Shown: piece after piece, positions 16,964-24,303 of the stretch | How positions within the stretch are numbered: the first letter of the stretch is position 1 | Layout of the letters: each line of letters begins with the position of its first letter | NCBI GenBank assembly: GCA_964491925.1 | Contig: CAZBGZ010000001.1 | Span: 128,701-192,700 of the forward strand | Source of the DNA: an uncultured Candidatus Saccharibacteria bacterium | GTDB taxonomy: Bacteria; Patescibacteriota; Saccharimonadia; Saccharimonadales; JAGQNJ01 | DNA: 64,000 nt | Direction of reading: 5' to 3' | Notes under the pieces: generated by a model | Seen by the model: the letters and a program-made list of their open reading frames with translations, nothing else | Told to the model about the DNA's origin: nothing | Database searches by the model: none | Position numbers and translations under genes: made by a program

Positions 16964-17564
16964 TTATAAACTTCTCTGGCAAATTCCCTGACTGTTCTAG
17001 AATATAATTATATCTAGCTTCAAAAGCTTTACGGGCTTCTGGTAAAACTATTTTTCTGGACCAATCTTTTTCGGCTTTTTTTATGTTCAGTTTCATCAGT
17101 TCTTCTAACGATTTTCCTTTGAAAGTTTCGTCGGTCTCAAAGTTCCAAAACAAATGCATGAATGGCCCAACCATGTGCGAACAGCCATCAGCCGAAGAAA
17201 CAATTTGCACTTCTACTGGAGCATCATGCAAATCCACTTCTATTTTTCTATCAAGCAGTTCAAGATTATCAATAACTGTTTGTATAAAATTGCCATTAAA
17301 CCCTAGGCTTTGCAGTAACTCCCTGCCCTTTGTTAGTGTTGTTTGATATTGATTATTGTAATCAATAGTCTTACCGTAATCGTGCATCCAGGCCATAACC
17401 TCAACAACATCTTTGTCAGCCTCTGGGTAAAATTCTAAGAGTTCAAGAGTTATTTTCTCGACAATCTCCAAGTGCCATTTCACAAACCACTTGTGATGAC
17501 CAAATTCAGGATTAGCAGCCGCCGCACGAACTCGTGATTTAAGCTGCTTTATTTGATCCTGCAT
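16956..17564 (-). CDS. HD-domain phosphohydrolase
   Basis: 202 aa with an H...HD motif (WHLEIV...AWMHDYGK). Confidence 0.7.
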   Translation of the reverse strand: MQDQIKQLKSRVRAAAANPEFGHHKWFVKWHLEIVEKITLELLEFYPEADKDVVEVMAWMHDYGKTIDYNNQYQTTLTKGRELLQSLGFNGNFIQTVIDNLELLDRKIEVDLHDAPVEVQIVSSADGCSHMVGPFMHLFWNFETDETFKGKSLEELMKLNIKKAEKDWSRKIVLPEARKAFEARYNYILEQSGNLPEKFIND

Positions 17565-17568
17565 GGGG

Positions 17569-18891
17569 TTATGGAGTTAGGCGGTTTATGTCGCGGGGGA
17601 AAAGTGTTGCTTCTTTGATGTTGTTCAGCTTGAACAGTTTTTCAACTAGTCGTTCTAGCCCCAGACCAAATCCACCATGAGGCGGCATACCGTATTTAAA
17701 TGCACTGAGATATGAGGCATAGCCTGGATGGTTTGGGTCTCCTCCCATTGTCTTTAGTTGTGCAATCAGCTTTGGATATTCATGTTGGCGCATACTTAGG
17801 GTCGCTATCTCGACTCCCCTGAATAATAAGTCTGCTCTATCGGCAATATCCGGATTTTGTTCGTTTGCCTTGTGGTAGAACTTGAAAGTCTTGCTCTTTG
17901 CTGACCAGCCAAGCACAAAAACTGCCTCGCTGCTTTTGTGCTTTTTCGCCCACTCACAAATAAAACGTTCTTCGTCAGGACGCAAGTCATCTTCACCGCG
18001 GTAATCTTCTTTCATTTGCTTGAAATACATTTCATGAATATCGGCAATTGTAATCCTTGGGATATCTTGGGCTTTTGCTGGCAAATCTGCCTTCGGCACA
18101 TTCCATTTTTTGAATGCTGCCTCATGATTTTTATACGTATCTTCGGAAACCCGTATCAACATTCCGCCAACAAAATTTTGTAGCTCTTCAAATGTGGTGT
18201 ATCCCATTTCACAATCTACGGTCAAGAATTCTGTCAAATGCCTGGTAGTAGCACTTGGTTCTGCACGATATGTGGACCCGATTTCTAAAACACGCTCGAA
18301 AACACCGACCATGATTTGCTTGTAAAACTGAGCCGATTGCGCAAGTACTGCCGTTTTGCCAAAGTAATCTAGCGAGAATACTTCAGCACCGCCCTCGGTT
18401 GCTTCGGCTAGTAGTTTCGGCGTATGAATTTCTGTGAATTCGTTCTCTTTGCAATAGGCTCTAATTGATTCACAGACTGCTGATTTTACTTTAAAAATAT
18501 CCTGTTCTTGCAGGTTGCGTAGACCTATGGCGCGGTTATCAAAAAGAGTGTCGAGATTTTCACTTTTATGCAGCAAAGGTTTGTCAATTTCTATTGGGGG
18601 CTCATCTGTGACAGGGACTAATACTGTAATAGTGGGGTTATGTAGCTCTGCACCGGCTGGCGCTCGCTCTTCGAGCTTTACAGTACCGGCAACTTCTAGA
18701 ACTGTGCCTATTTGCATGCCACGGAGCTTTTCACCCTCTTTTTTATCTTGTATCACCACTTGCATTAGCCCACTGCGGTCACGAACATTAATAAATGTCA
18801 GCCCACCAAGCATTCGTTTCTTGTGCAGCCAACCCTGCATTGTTACAGATTTACCGCTGTGACTTTTTGTTTCTTTAGCCAAAACTCTCAT
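17569..18891 (-). CDS. aspS: Aspartate--tRNA ligase, archaeal/eukaryal-type short form (possibly non-discriminating)
   Basis: 440 aa with an N-terminal OB fold. Class II motif 2 is YRAEPSATTRHLTEF and motif 3 is GGFGLGLERL. It lacks the bacterial GAD insertion. AsnRS cannot be fully excluded by eye. Confidence 0.8.
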   Translation of the reverse strand: MRVLAKETKSHSGKSVTMQGWLHKKRMLGGLTFINVRDRSGLMQVVIQDKKEGEKLRGMQIGTVLEVAGTVKLEERAPAGAELHNPTITVLVPVTDEPPIEIDKPLLHKSENLDTLFDNRAIGLRNLQEQDIFKVKSAVCESIRAYCKENEFTEIHTPKLLAEATEGGAEVFSLDYFGKTAVLAQSAQFYKQIMVGVFERVLEIGSTYRAEPSATTRHLTEFLTVDCEMGYTTFEELQNFVGGMLIRVSEDTYKNHEAAFKKWNVPKADLPAKAQDIPRITIADIHEMYFKQMKEDYRGEDDLRPDEERFICEWAKKHKSSEAVFVLGWSAKSKTFKFYHKANEQNPDIADRADLLFRGVEIATLSMRQHEYPKLIAQLKTMGGDPNHPGYASYLSAFKYGMPPHGGFGLGLERLVEKLFKLNNIKEATLFPRDINRLTP

Positions 18892-19028
18892 TATTTTTCT
18901 CCCGTTAGATGATGGTTGTTGCTGGTTGTTTATATGGGCCGATTGCAGAATAAATAAATTACCACCAGGTTAATCCCTGCCGGCCCGTCTATTATCGTTA
19001 TTCTGAAGATGCAACAACATAACTTTTG
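18892..19028 (-). promoter_or_regulatory. Structured 5' leader of aspS
   Basis: On the minus-strand RNA, long-range helix GUUGUUGC (plus 19011-19018) pairs with GCAACAAC (plus 18915-18922). An inner helix GGGCCG/CGGCCC uses plus 18981-18986 and 18936-18941. There is also a hairpin CAGG-gauuaa-CCUG. The SD GGGAG (plus 18899-18903) sits 8 nt upstream of the AUG. Confidence 0.4.
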
Positions 19029-20126
19029 TTATTCTACCACTGTTTGTTCATCTGGTGAATCTTTTTTGCTAGTTTTTGCTGTTGGTTTGGTCTCTGGCTC
19101 TTCCTCGACAGGTTTTTTGCGTTTGGCTTCATCTTTTTCGGCCTCCATAATTGCTACTGCACGTAAATCATCGTAGCTATCGAACTCATCAATGATTTGT
19201 TTGCCCAAGATTTGCTCGATAATATCCTCAATGGTTATGAGCCCGACAATCTCTTCGAAGTTATTAACTACTAAGAATTGATGATGCTTAGTTTTTATAA
19301 AGGCGTCCAGAACTCGGGCTAATGAATGGCCCTGATTAACATAAAAAACTTCTTTTCTTAGAACATTCTTTACAAAACCACCAGCGCTAGCCTCTAATGC
19401 ATCCCGCAAATAAAGCGTACCCACAATATCATTAGGATTTTCATCGTAAACTGGGAACCTAGAATGTCCGCTGTCATGAAGTTCTTTGAGCAGAACCGGT
19501 CCTATCATATCGTGCGTAGCAACAGACTTCATCACTCGGCGTGGAGTCATAATTTCTGAAACTTTTTTATCGCCAAATTGGAGTGCATTCTCTACGATAT
19601 ATAATTCTTCCTTTGTAACCCTGTTATCAATCTGGACTTTTTGGGTTTTTATCAAATCAACTATGTCACCTTTTGTGTATAGACCGGTATGTAAACGGAC
19701 CGGTTCTATCTTGTTTATCAAATTAGCCAATCGCCGTAACAACGGCTGCAAACGTTCCAGTAAATAGTGCAGAACTGGTGTTGCGTGCTTGGCTACTTGG
19801 ACAGAAATATTAGAGACGTGAGACTTCGGCAAGAAATCGAAACAAAGCCAGACAATAAGAATTATAACTACGAGCGCCATTGGCCAAGCCAGACTATCTG
19901 CGAGTACAACAAACAAAGCACTGCTAGTTATTATGGTAGTAAACCACAATAGAATCTGCAGACTCATACCATAACTGACCACGCGGTAGAATATTTTAGC
20001 CAGCTCATCTCCGGCACGAGCCTGACGTTTTAGCTCTTTGGCGGGTACATGGTTATAGAGCTTCAGAAGTGAAATGCTCAAAATCATTAAAAAGAAAACA
20101 AGGATTATAAAAATAAACTTAACCAT
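19029..20126 (-). CDS. CNNM/DUF21 transmembrane domain protein with CBS pair (hemolysin/CorC-like, lacks CorC_HlyC domain)
   Basis: 365 aa with 4 N-terminal TM segments. The CBS-pair region is VSEIMTPRRV...RFPVYDENPNDIVGTLYLRD...FLVVNNFEEIVGLITIEDIIE, followed by a K/E-rich tail. Confidence 0.8.
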   Translation of the reverse strand: MVKFIFIILVFFLMILSISLLKLYNHVPAKELKRQARAGDELAKIFYRVVSYGMSLQILLWFTTIITSSALFVVLADSLAWPMALVVIILIVWLCFDFLPKSHVSNISVQVAKHATPVLHYLLERLQPLLRRLANLINKIEPVRLHTGLYTKGDIVDLIKTQKVQIDNRVTKEELYIVENALQFGDKKVSEIMTPRRVMKSVATHDMIGPVLLKELHDSGHSRFPVYDENPNDIVGTLYLRDALEASAGGFVKNVLRKEVFYVNQGHSLARVLDAFIKTKHHQFLVVNNFEEIVGLITIEDIIEQILGKQIIDEFDSYDDLRAVAIMEAEKDEAKRKKPVEEEPETKPTAKTSKKDSPDEQTVVE

Positions 20127-20207
20127 ACCTATACATATTACACTGTTGTTTGAGTTCGGGCGTAAATCGGATACTATAAGGTTACAAAAGGAGAATTAAA
20201 TAAATCT

Positions 20208-20846
20208 ATGAGTAAACGTTTTCTTATTATTATGGCCGCATTGGTAGTCTTATTTATAGGGGTTATCATAATCAACAAGAATGGCAAATCTGACAAATCT
20301 GACGGATCTAGTTCATCGCAAGGAACCAATTATACACAAGGTGCTGGCAAAAAAGGCGTGACACTAGTAGAGTTTGGTGATTTCCAATGTCCTGCATGTG
20401 GAAGTTACTATCCAATAGTTGAGCAAGTAAAACAGAAATACTCTAATGACATCACCTTCCAATTTCGTCACTTTCCCCTTGTACAGATACACCCGAATGC
20501 TATGGTAGCTCACCGTGCAGCAGAGGCGGCTGGTCGTCAGGACAAATTCTGGGAAATGTACAGCCTTCTGTACACAAGACAACAAAACTGGGTTGATTCA
20601 ACAAACCCAACAACCATAATGGATGACTACGCGACAGAGCTTGGTTTGAACATAGACAAATTTAAGTCAGACTTTAGCAGTGCTGATGTGAATGATGCGA
20701 TTTCTGCCGATATTAAACTAGCTCAGGAAGCTGGGGCAAATGGCACGCCTACCTTTGTCTTGGACGGTAAAAAGTTGGATACACTACCACAAGATTTGGC
20801 AGCTTTTAGCAAACTTATTGACGAAGCAATTGCAAATAAAAACTGA
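20208..20846 (+). CDS. DsbA-family thiol:disulfide oxidoreductase, membrane-anchored
   Basis: 212 aa with an N-terminal TM and the thioredoxin-fold active site FQCPACGSYYP (CxxC). Confidence 0.8.
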   Translation: MSKRFLIIMAALVVLFIGVIIINKNGKSDKSDGSSSSQGTNYTQGAGKKGVTLVEFGDFQCPACGSYYPIVEQVKQKYSNDITFQFRHFPLVQIHPNAMVAHRAAEAAGRQDKFWEMYSLLYTRQQNWVDSTNPTTIMDDYATELGLNIDKFKSDFSSADVNDAISADIKLAQEAGANGTPTFVLDGKKLDTLPQDLAAFSKLIDEAIANKN

Positions 20847-20873
20847 GCCTGAATATTAGAGGGAATAGTTGCT

Positions 20874-20898
20874 AGTCACGGCGGGTTTCCGCGTGACT
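20874..20898 (+). terminator. GC-rich hairpin downstream of the dsbA-like gene (possible terminator or 5' helix of an RNA)
   Basis: AGTCACG(g)CGG-gttt-CCGCGTGACT forms 10 bp with one bulge. The TTTT run begins only 6 nt after the stem, so it is atypical as an intrinsic terminator. Confidence 0.4.
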
Positions 20899-21283
20899 TA
20901 CGCATTTTAGTTCAGTTTGGGTTTCCTTCATGAGTAGAGCAATGAAGGTGTATACAAAATACACCGACTGTTAGCCGCAGAGAAAAAATTCAAAATGAGC
21001 TAAGTGCGAAGGTCAGGCTAGTAGTGCAAGAATTGTTGCCATTGTGGCCGACGAACTTGTACTGGGATGCGCTCATGTCGTGAGCTGACAACATTAACAG
21101 TTACAGACATAATTTTGATGCCCTTTCTTTGTTTTTGTAGACAAAAGCAAAAACACTTAATACTTTTTTGCCCACTTAGATTTTTAATAATTTTTGGTTT
21201 TTGTCTTCAAACCGCTCGCTCGGCCTTAGAACTGCAGTTAGTATCGCATAAGCACTTTGCTAATGTCAACATCTAATACAAGA

Positions 21284-21306
21284 CTAACGAAAAGAATATT
21301 CGTTAG
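21284..21306. terminator. AT-rich hairpin at the 3' end of the iron-permease-family gene; T-rich on the plus side
   Basis: CTAACGAA-aagaata-TTCGTTAG forms 8 bp. On the plus strand it is followed by TTATTTTCCTTTTTT. On the minus strand it lies directly after the stop at 21307. Confidence 0.4.
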
Positions 21307-21813
21307 TTATTTTCCTTTTTTATCTGGATTAGGATTTACGACATTTAACGGGGCTTTTAAAATGGCAGATATTGCATGTTCTGCCGAAGATAAACTAAGG
21401 CGACGATTCTTTTCTGCCTCGATGCTACTATGGAGCTTTTTGACGGCAGGAGTGGAATGAAGTTTAGTGTGGATCTTTCTGAAGCCGTCGTCCAGAAAAG
21501 ATAGTTCCTCGTCTGTTAAATCAGCCAAGTCTACAAAAGTGTTCCTAGCCCCTTTTGATGCGTGGATTAGCTCGTCGAGTTGTAAATGTATAACCTTAGA
21601 ATCTCTGTTTTGTGTGTTTTGAATAATAAAAACCATTAAAAAAGTAACGATCGTAGTTCCGGTATTGATAACTAACTGCCAAGTGTCCGAAAAGCCAAAT
21701 ACTGGGCCGCTGACTCCCCAGACAACAATGATAGAGAACGCTAAAAGAAATGCATAAGCACTGCCGACAGCGTTGGCAATCTTTGCAGAGATTTTTCTAA
21801 AGAATTCTTTCAT
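21307..21813 (-). CDS. Low-affinity iron permease family (Fet4-like small bacterial) membrane protein
   Basis: 168 aa. FSDTWQLVINTGTTIVTFLMVFIIQNTQNRD matches the conserved core of this family as I recall it. Confidence 0.7.
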   Translation of the reverse strand: MKEFFRKISAKIANAVGSAYAFLLAFSIIVVWGVSGPVFGFSDTWQLVINTGTTIVTFLMVFIIQNTQNRDSKVIHLQLDELIHASKGARNTFVDLADLTDEELSFLDDGFRKIHTKLHSTPAVKKLHSSIEAEKNRRLSLSSAEHAISAILKAPLNVVNPNPDKKGK

Positions 21814-21864
21814 AGTTTTTGTAGTTTACCTTAAGCATCGTACAATAAATATCAAAGGAATAAA

Positions 21865-23559
21865 ATGCATACCAACGTTTTCGTAGAAATATCCACACTT
21901 TTAGTTTTGAGCGCATTAGTTAGCCTGATAATCCGAGCGCTACGACAACCCATGATAATTGGCTATATTTTGACTGGGCTGATAGTCGGCCCGTCACTGC
22001 TTGGCCTGGTAAAGTCCCCAGAAACTATTGAAGTTCTGGGTAATTTTGGAATCGCATTATTGCTGTTTATTGTCGGCCTCGGGTTGAACCCACGAGTCAT
22101 AAAAGAAGTAGGTAAAGTTGCAATCATCACCGGTTTTGTCCAGGTTGTATTCGCTACTGGAGTTGGGTATTTTATCGTAACAGCCCTGCACTACCCAACG
22201 ATTGAAGCGATATACATATCACTAGCGCTGGCATTTAGTAGTACTATTATTGTTTTAAAACTACTAAACGACAAACGTGAACAAAACAAACTGCATGGGA
22301 AAATAGCTGTTGGTTTTTTGATAGTCCAGGATCTTTTAGCTACCTTGGCATTAGTCGTGGCATCAGCTAGTGCTAGCGGGAAAGTTAGCTACGCAGATGC
22401 CGTTTCACTAGGTCTGAAGGGGGTAATGGCGGGAGCAGGGGTGTTTTTGTTTGCCTTAGTCGTTATAAAGCCTATGACAAATTTTTTATCAAAGTCCCAG
22501 GAACTGCTGTTTTTATTTTCAGTTGCTTGGGGGCTCGGAATCGCGACTATATTCTATGAGATAGGGTTTTCTCTAGAAGTTGGGGCATTGCTTGCAGGCG
22601 TTGCGCTGTCCACTATGACTTATGCGCAAGAAGTTGGGACTCGACTTCGGCCACTCCGAGACTTTTTCATAGTTGTATTTTTTATAGCGCTGGGTGTAGG
22701 GGTTCACCTGGATACAGTGGGAGGATTAGCAAAAGATGCTTTAGTATTATCACTGTTTGTTCTTTTGGGGACACCTCTGATAGTTATGGCTGTGATGGGG
22801 GTTCTAGGATATACAAAAAGAACCAGTTTCAAGTTGGGGTTATCGGTTGCACAGGTTAGTGAGTTCTCTCTCATATTAGTATTACTTGGCCTAAAAAATG
22901 GTCAAATCAGCCAGTCGGCGGTAACACTGACAACAATGGTCGCGGTCATAACAATTGCTGTCTCTTCGTACCTCATAACTTATTCAGAAGGAATATATAA
23001 CAATTGTGGCAAGTATCTAAAGCTATTTGAGCGGAAGAAGGTTAAAAAAGAGCTCGAACGTCATCACCGCTATGACGCAGTACTCTTTGGGTACCGACAT
23101 GGTGGAAGCGAATTCGTCAAAGTTTTCGAAAAAATAGTCAAAAACTATATTGTTGTGGATTATGATCCCGAAGCCATAGACCGAATGGAAAGACAAAATA
23201 TACCATATTTGTACGGTGATGCCACCAACCCAGAGATGATAGAAGAAATAAATTTAGAGCACACTAAAATTATTGTTTCAGTTATCAACGACTACCCTAG
23301 TAATGTTTTGCTGCTAGAAGAATTAGAGAAAATAAACCCAAATGCAGTTATGATTTGTCACGCAGATAGTATCCGCGAAGCTGTCGATCTGTACGGGCTA
23401 GGTGCCAGTTATGTTGTTATGCCCCACTTTGTTGGCAACCAAAAAATAAGCGCTTTTATCAAGAAAAATGGTCTCAAAAAGGCCGAGTTTAAAAAATACA
23501 AGGAAAAACACATCACTTATCTACAATCACACTTCGAAGAAGTACTTCAAGATTCGTAG
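21865..23559 (+). CDS. Cation:proton antiporter (CPA2/Kef-type) with C-terminal RCK/TrkA-N-like domain
   Basis: 564 aa with about 12 TM segments and Na_H exchanger-type helices. The C-terminal soluble domain is DAVLFGYRHGGSEFVKV...VVDYDPE. An SD AAAGGAA precedes the ATG, and TACAAT lies at 21841-21846. Confidence 0.85.
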   Translation: MHTNVFVEISTLLVLSALVSLIIRALRQPMIIGYILTGLIVGPSLLGLVKSPETIEVLGNFGIALLLFIVGLGLNPRVIKEVGKVAIITGFVQVVFATGVGYFIVTALHYPTIEAIYISLALAFSSTIIVLKLLNDKREQNKLHGKIAVGFLIVQDLLATLALVVASASASGKVSYADAVSLGLKGVMAGAGVFLFALVVIKPMTNFLSKSQELLFLFSVAWGLGIATIFYEIGFSLEVGALLAGVALSTMTYAQEVGTRLRPLRDFFIVVFFIALGVGVHLDTVGGLAKDALVLSLFVLLGTPLIVMAVMGVLGYTKRTSFKLGLSVAQVSEFSLILVLLGLKNGQISQSAVTLTTMVAVITIAVSSYLITYSEGIYNNCGKYLKLFERKKVKKELERHHRYDAVLFGYRHGGSEFVKVFEKIVKNYIVVDYDPEAIDRMERQNIPYLYGDATNPEMIEEINLEHTKIIVSVINDYPSNVLLLEELEKINPNAVMICHADSIREAVDLYGLGASYVVMPHFVGNQKISAFIKKNGLKKAEFKKYKEKHITYLQSHFEEVLQDS

Positions 23560-24143
23560 AGTCTGTGTTGTTTAATATAATCTGTCACTGGCTGATACAG
23601 GCCTTCTGGTGCTTTGCCTGTTCTTAAAGCATTTTTTTCTTTCGATGATGAAACTTCTGACCAAACAGCAGGTAAAATTATAAACTTTGTTTTCGCGTGA
23701 AGTTTTTTTAGATTGTTAGCTAGTTTTTGGGTATTTTTCTCTTCAGAGTTATTCCTTAAAACTATACAAATATTCATTTCGTTAAATAATAAATCGCTGT
23801 CTACCCAACTTTCAATATGGCTTAGTGTGTCAGACCCTATAATGTACCAATACTCACTGCCGTTGAACCGGTTATCTAGATAATTTAGAGCATCCTTTGT
23901 TGTTATATTGTTGGAATCTGTGTCTGCAATATGAATACCCGGGTAATCTTTTACGGCAAGTTTCAACATACTTAATCTATGACTAAAGTCAGCGACGCCC
24001 TGTTTCCTATGAGGTTTTTTTTCTATAAAAATAACTACCTGATCTAAATCTAACGCGCCTAGCGCAACAATGCATGATTCGATATGGCCTCGATGCACTG
24101 GATCAAATGTGCCACTGAATATTCCAATTTTTCGATTAGACAT
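23547..24143 (-). CDS. nadD: Nicotinate-nucleotide adenylyltransferase
   Basis: 198 aa with the GIFSGTFDPVHRGH (T/HxGH) nucleotidyltransferase motif. Its 3' end overlaps the convergent antiporter gene by 13 nt. Confidence 0.85.
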   Translation of the reverse strand: MSNRKIGIFSGTFDPVHRGHIESCIVALGALDLDQVVIFIEKKPHRKQGVADFSHRLSMLKLAVKDYPGIHIADTDSNNITTKDALNYLDNRFNGSEYWYIIGSDTLSHIESWVDSDLLFNEMNICIVLRNNSEEKNTQKLANNLKKLHAKTKFIILPAVWSEVSSSKEKNALRTGKAPEGLYQPVTDYIKQHRLYES

Positions 24144-24303
24144 CTAATGCGATTCCTTCGCAGCATTTGGTTGGCATATGGCAGACAGGGCAGACGAAAT
24201 GTCCATGCATGGGCTGGATTGGGTAATGCCCACAATTGTCACAGAAAAACTCTGCGGCTTTCTCTTTTACTAGTTCCTGGTAAATTTCATCATTTTCGCT
24301 CAT
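24136..24303 (-). CDS. Unannotated 55-aa zinc-ribbon protein
   Basis: Hand translation gives MSENDEIYQELVKEKAAEFFCDNCGHYPIQPMHGHFVCPVCHMPTKCCEGIALDV, with CxxC...CxxC plus a CC pair. Its ATG overlaps the TGA of the 514-aa gene (ATGA at 24300-24303). Its 3' end overlaps the nadD start by 8 nt. It falls below the ORF-track length cutoff. Confidence 0.55.
   Translation of the reverse strand: MSENDEIYQELVKEKAAEFFCDNCGHYPIQPMHGHFVCPVCHMPTKCCEGIALDV

Larger units (their letters stand above)
20847..21306. ncRNA. ORF-poor, hairpin-rich 460-nt intergenic region; candidate structured RNA(s) of unknown class
   Basis: No convincing ORF is present. Local helices include CCTTCAT/ATGAAGG (20925-20948), TGTAT/ATACA (20949-20963) and GCTCA/TGAGC (21071-21085). 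ATGAGC at 20995-21000 competes for GCTCAT at 21071-21076. I could not match the region to tmRNA, RNase P, SRP or 6S by eye. Confidence 0.25.

Noticed and set aside
18892-19028. T-box riboswitch upstream of aspS (CCUGGUGGUAAU resembles the T-box core, and a GAC Asp codon lies in the leader)
   Set aside because: The leader is only 137 nt, with no recognisable Stem I/K-turn, AG bulge or terminator/antiterminator pair. The UGGU would match an ACCA tRNA end rather than the GCCA expected for tRNA-Asp. It is kept only as a generic structured leader.
21070-21092. A short match to a conserved 16S rRNA segment (GCTCaTGTCGTGAG) and a GGGTTAAaGTCC-like string on the minus strand near 25925-25940
   Set aside because: Only about 12-15 nt match, and the matches are not contiguous with other rRNA sequence. 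This is most likely chance, and there is no rRNA gene or fragment here.
20847-21306. Assignment of the long intergenic region to tmRNA, RNase P RNA, SRP RNA or 6S RNA
   Set aside because: I could not find the tRNA-like GGTTCGA...CCA end, a tag ORF, the GAGGAAAGUCC P4 strand, or the SRP domain IV motifs on either strand. The region is left as an unclassified candidate pending covariance-model search.
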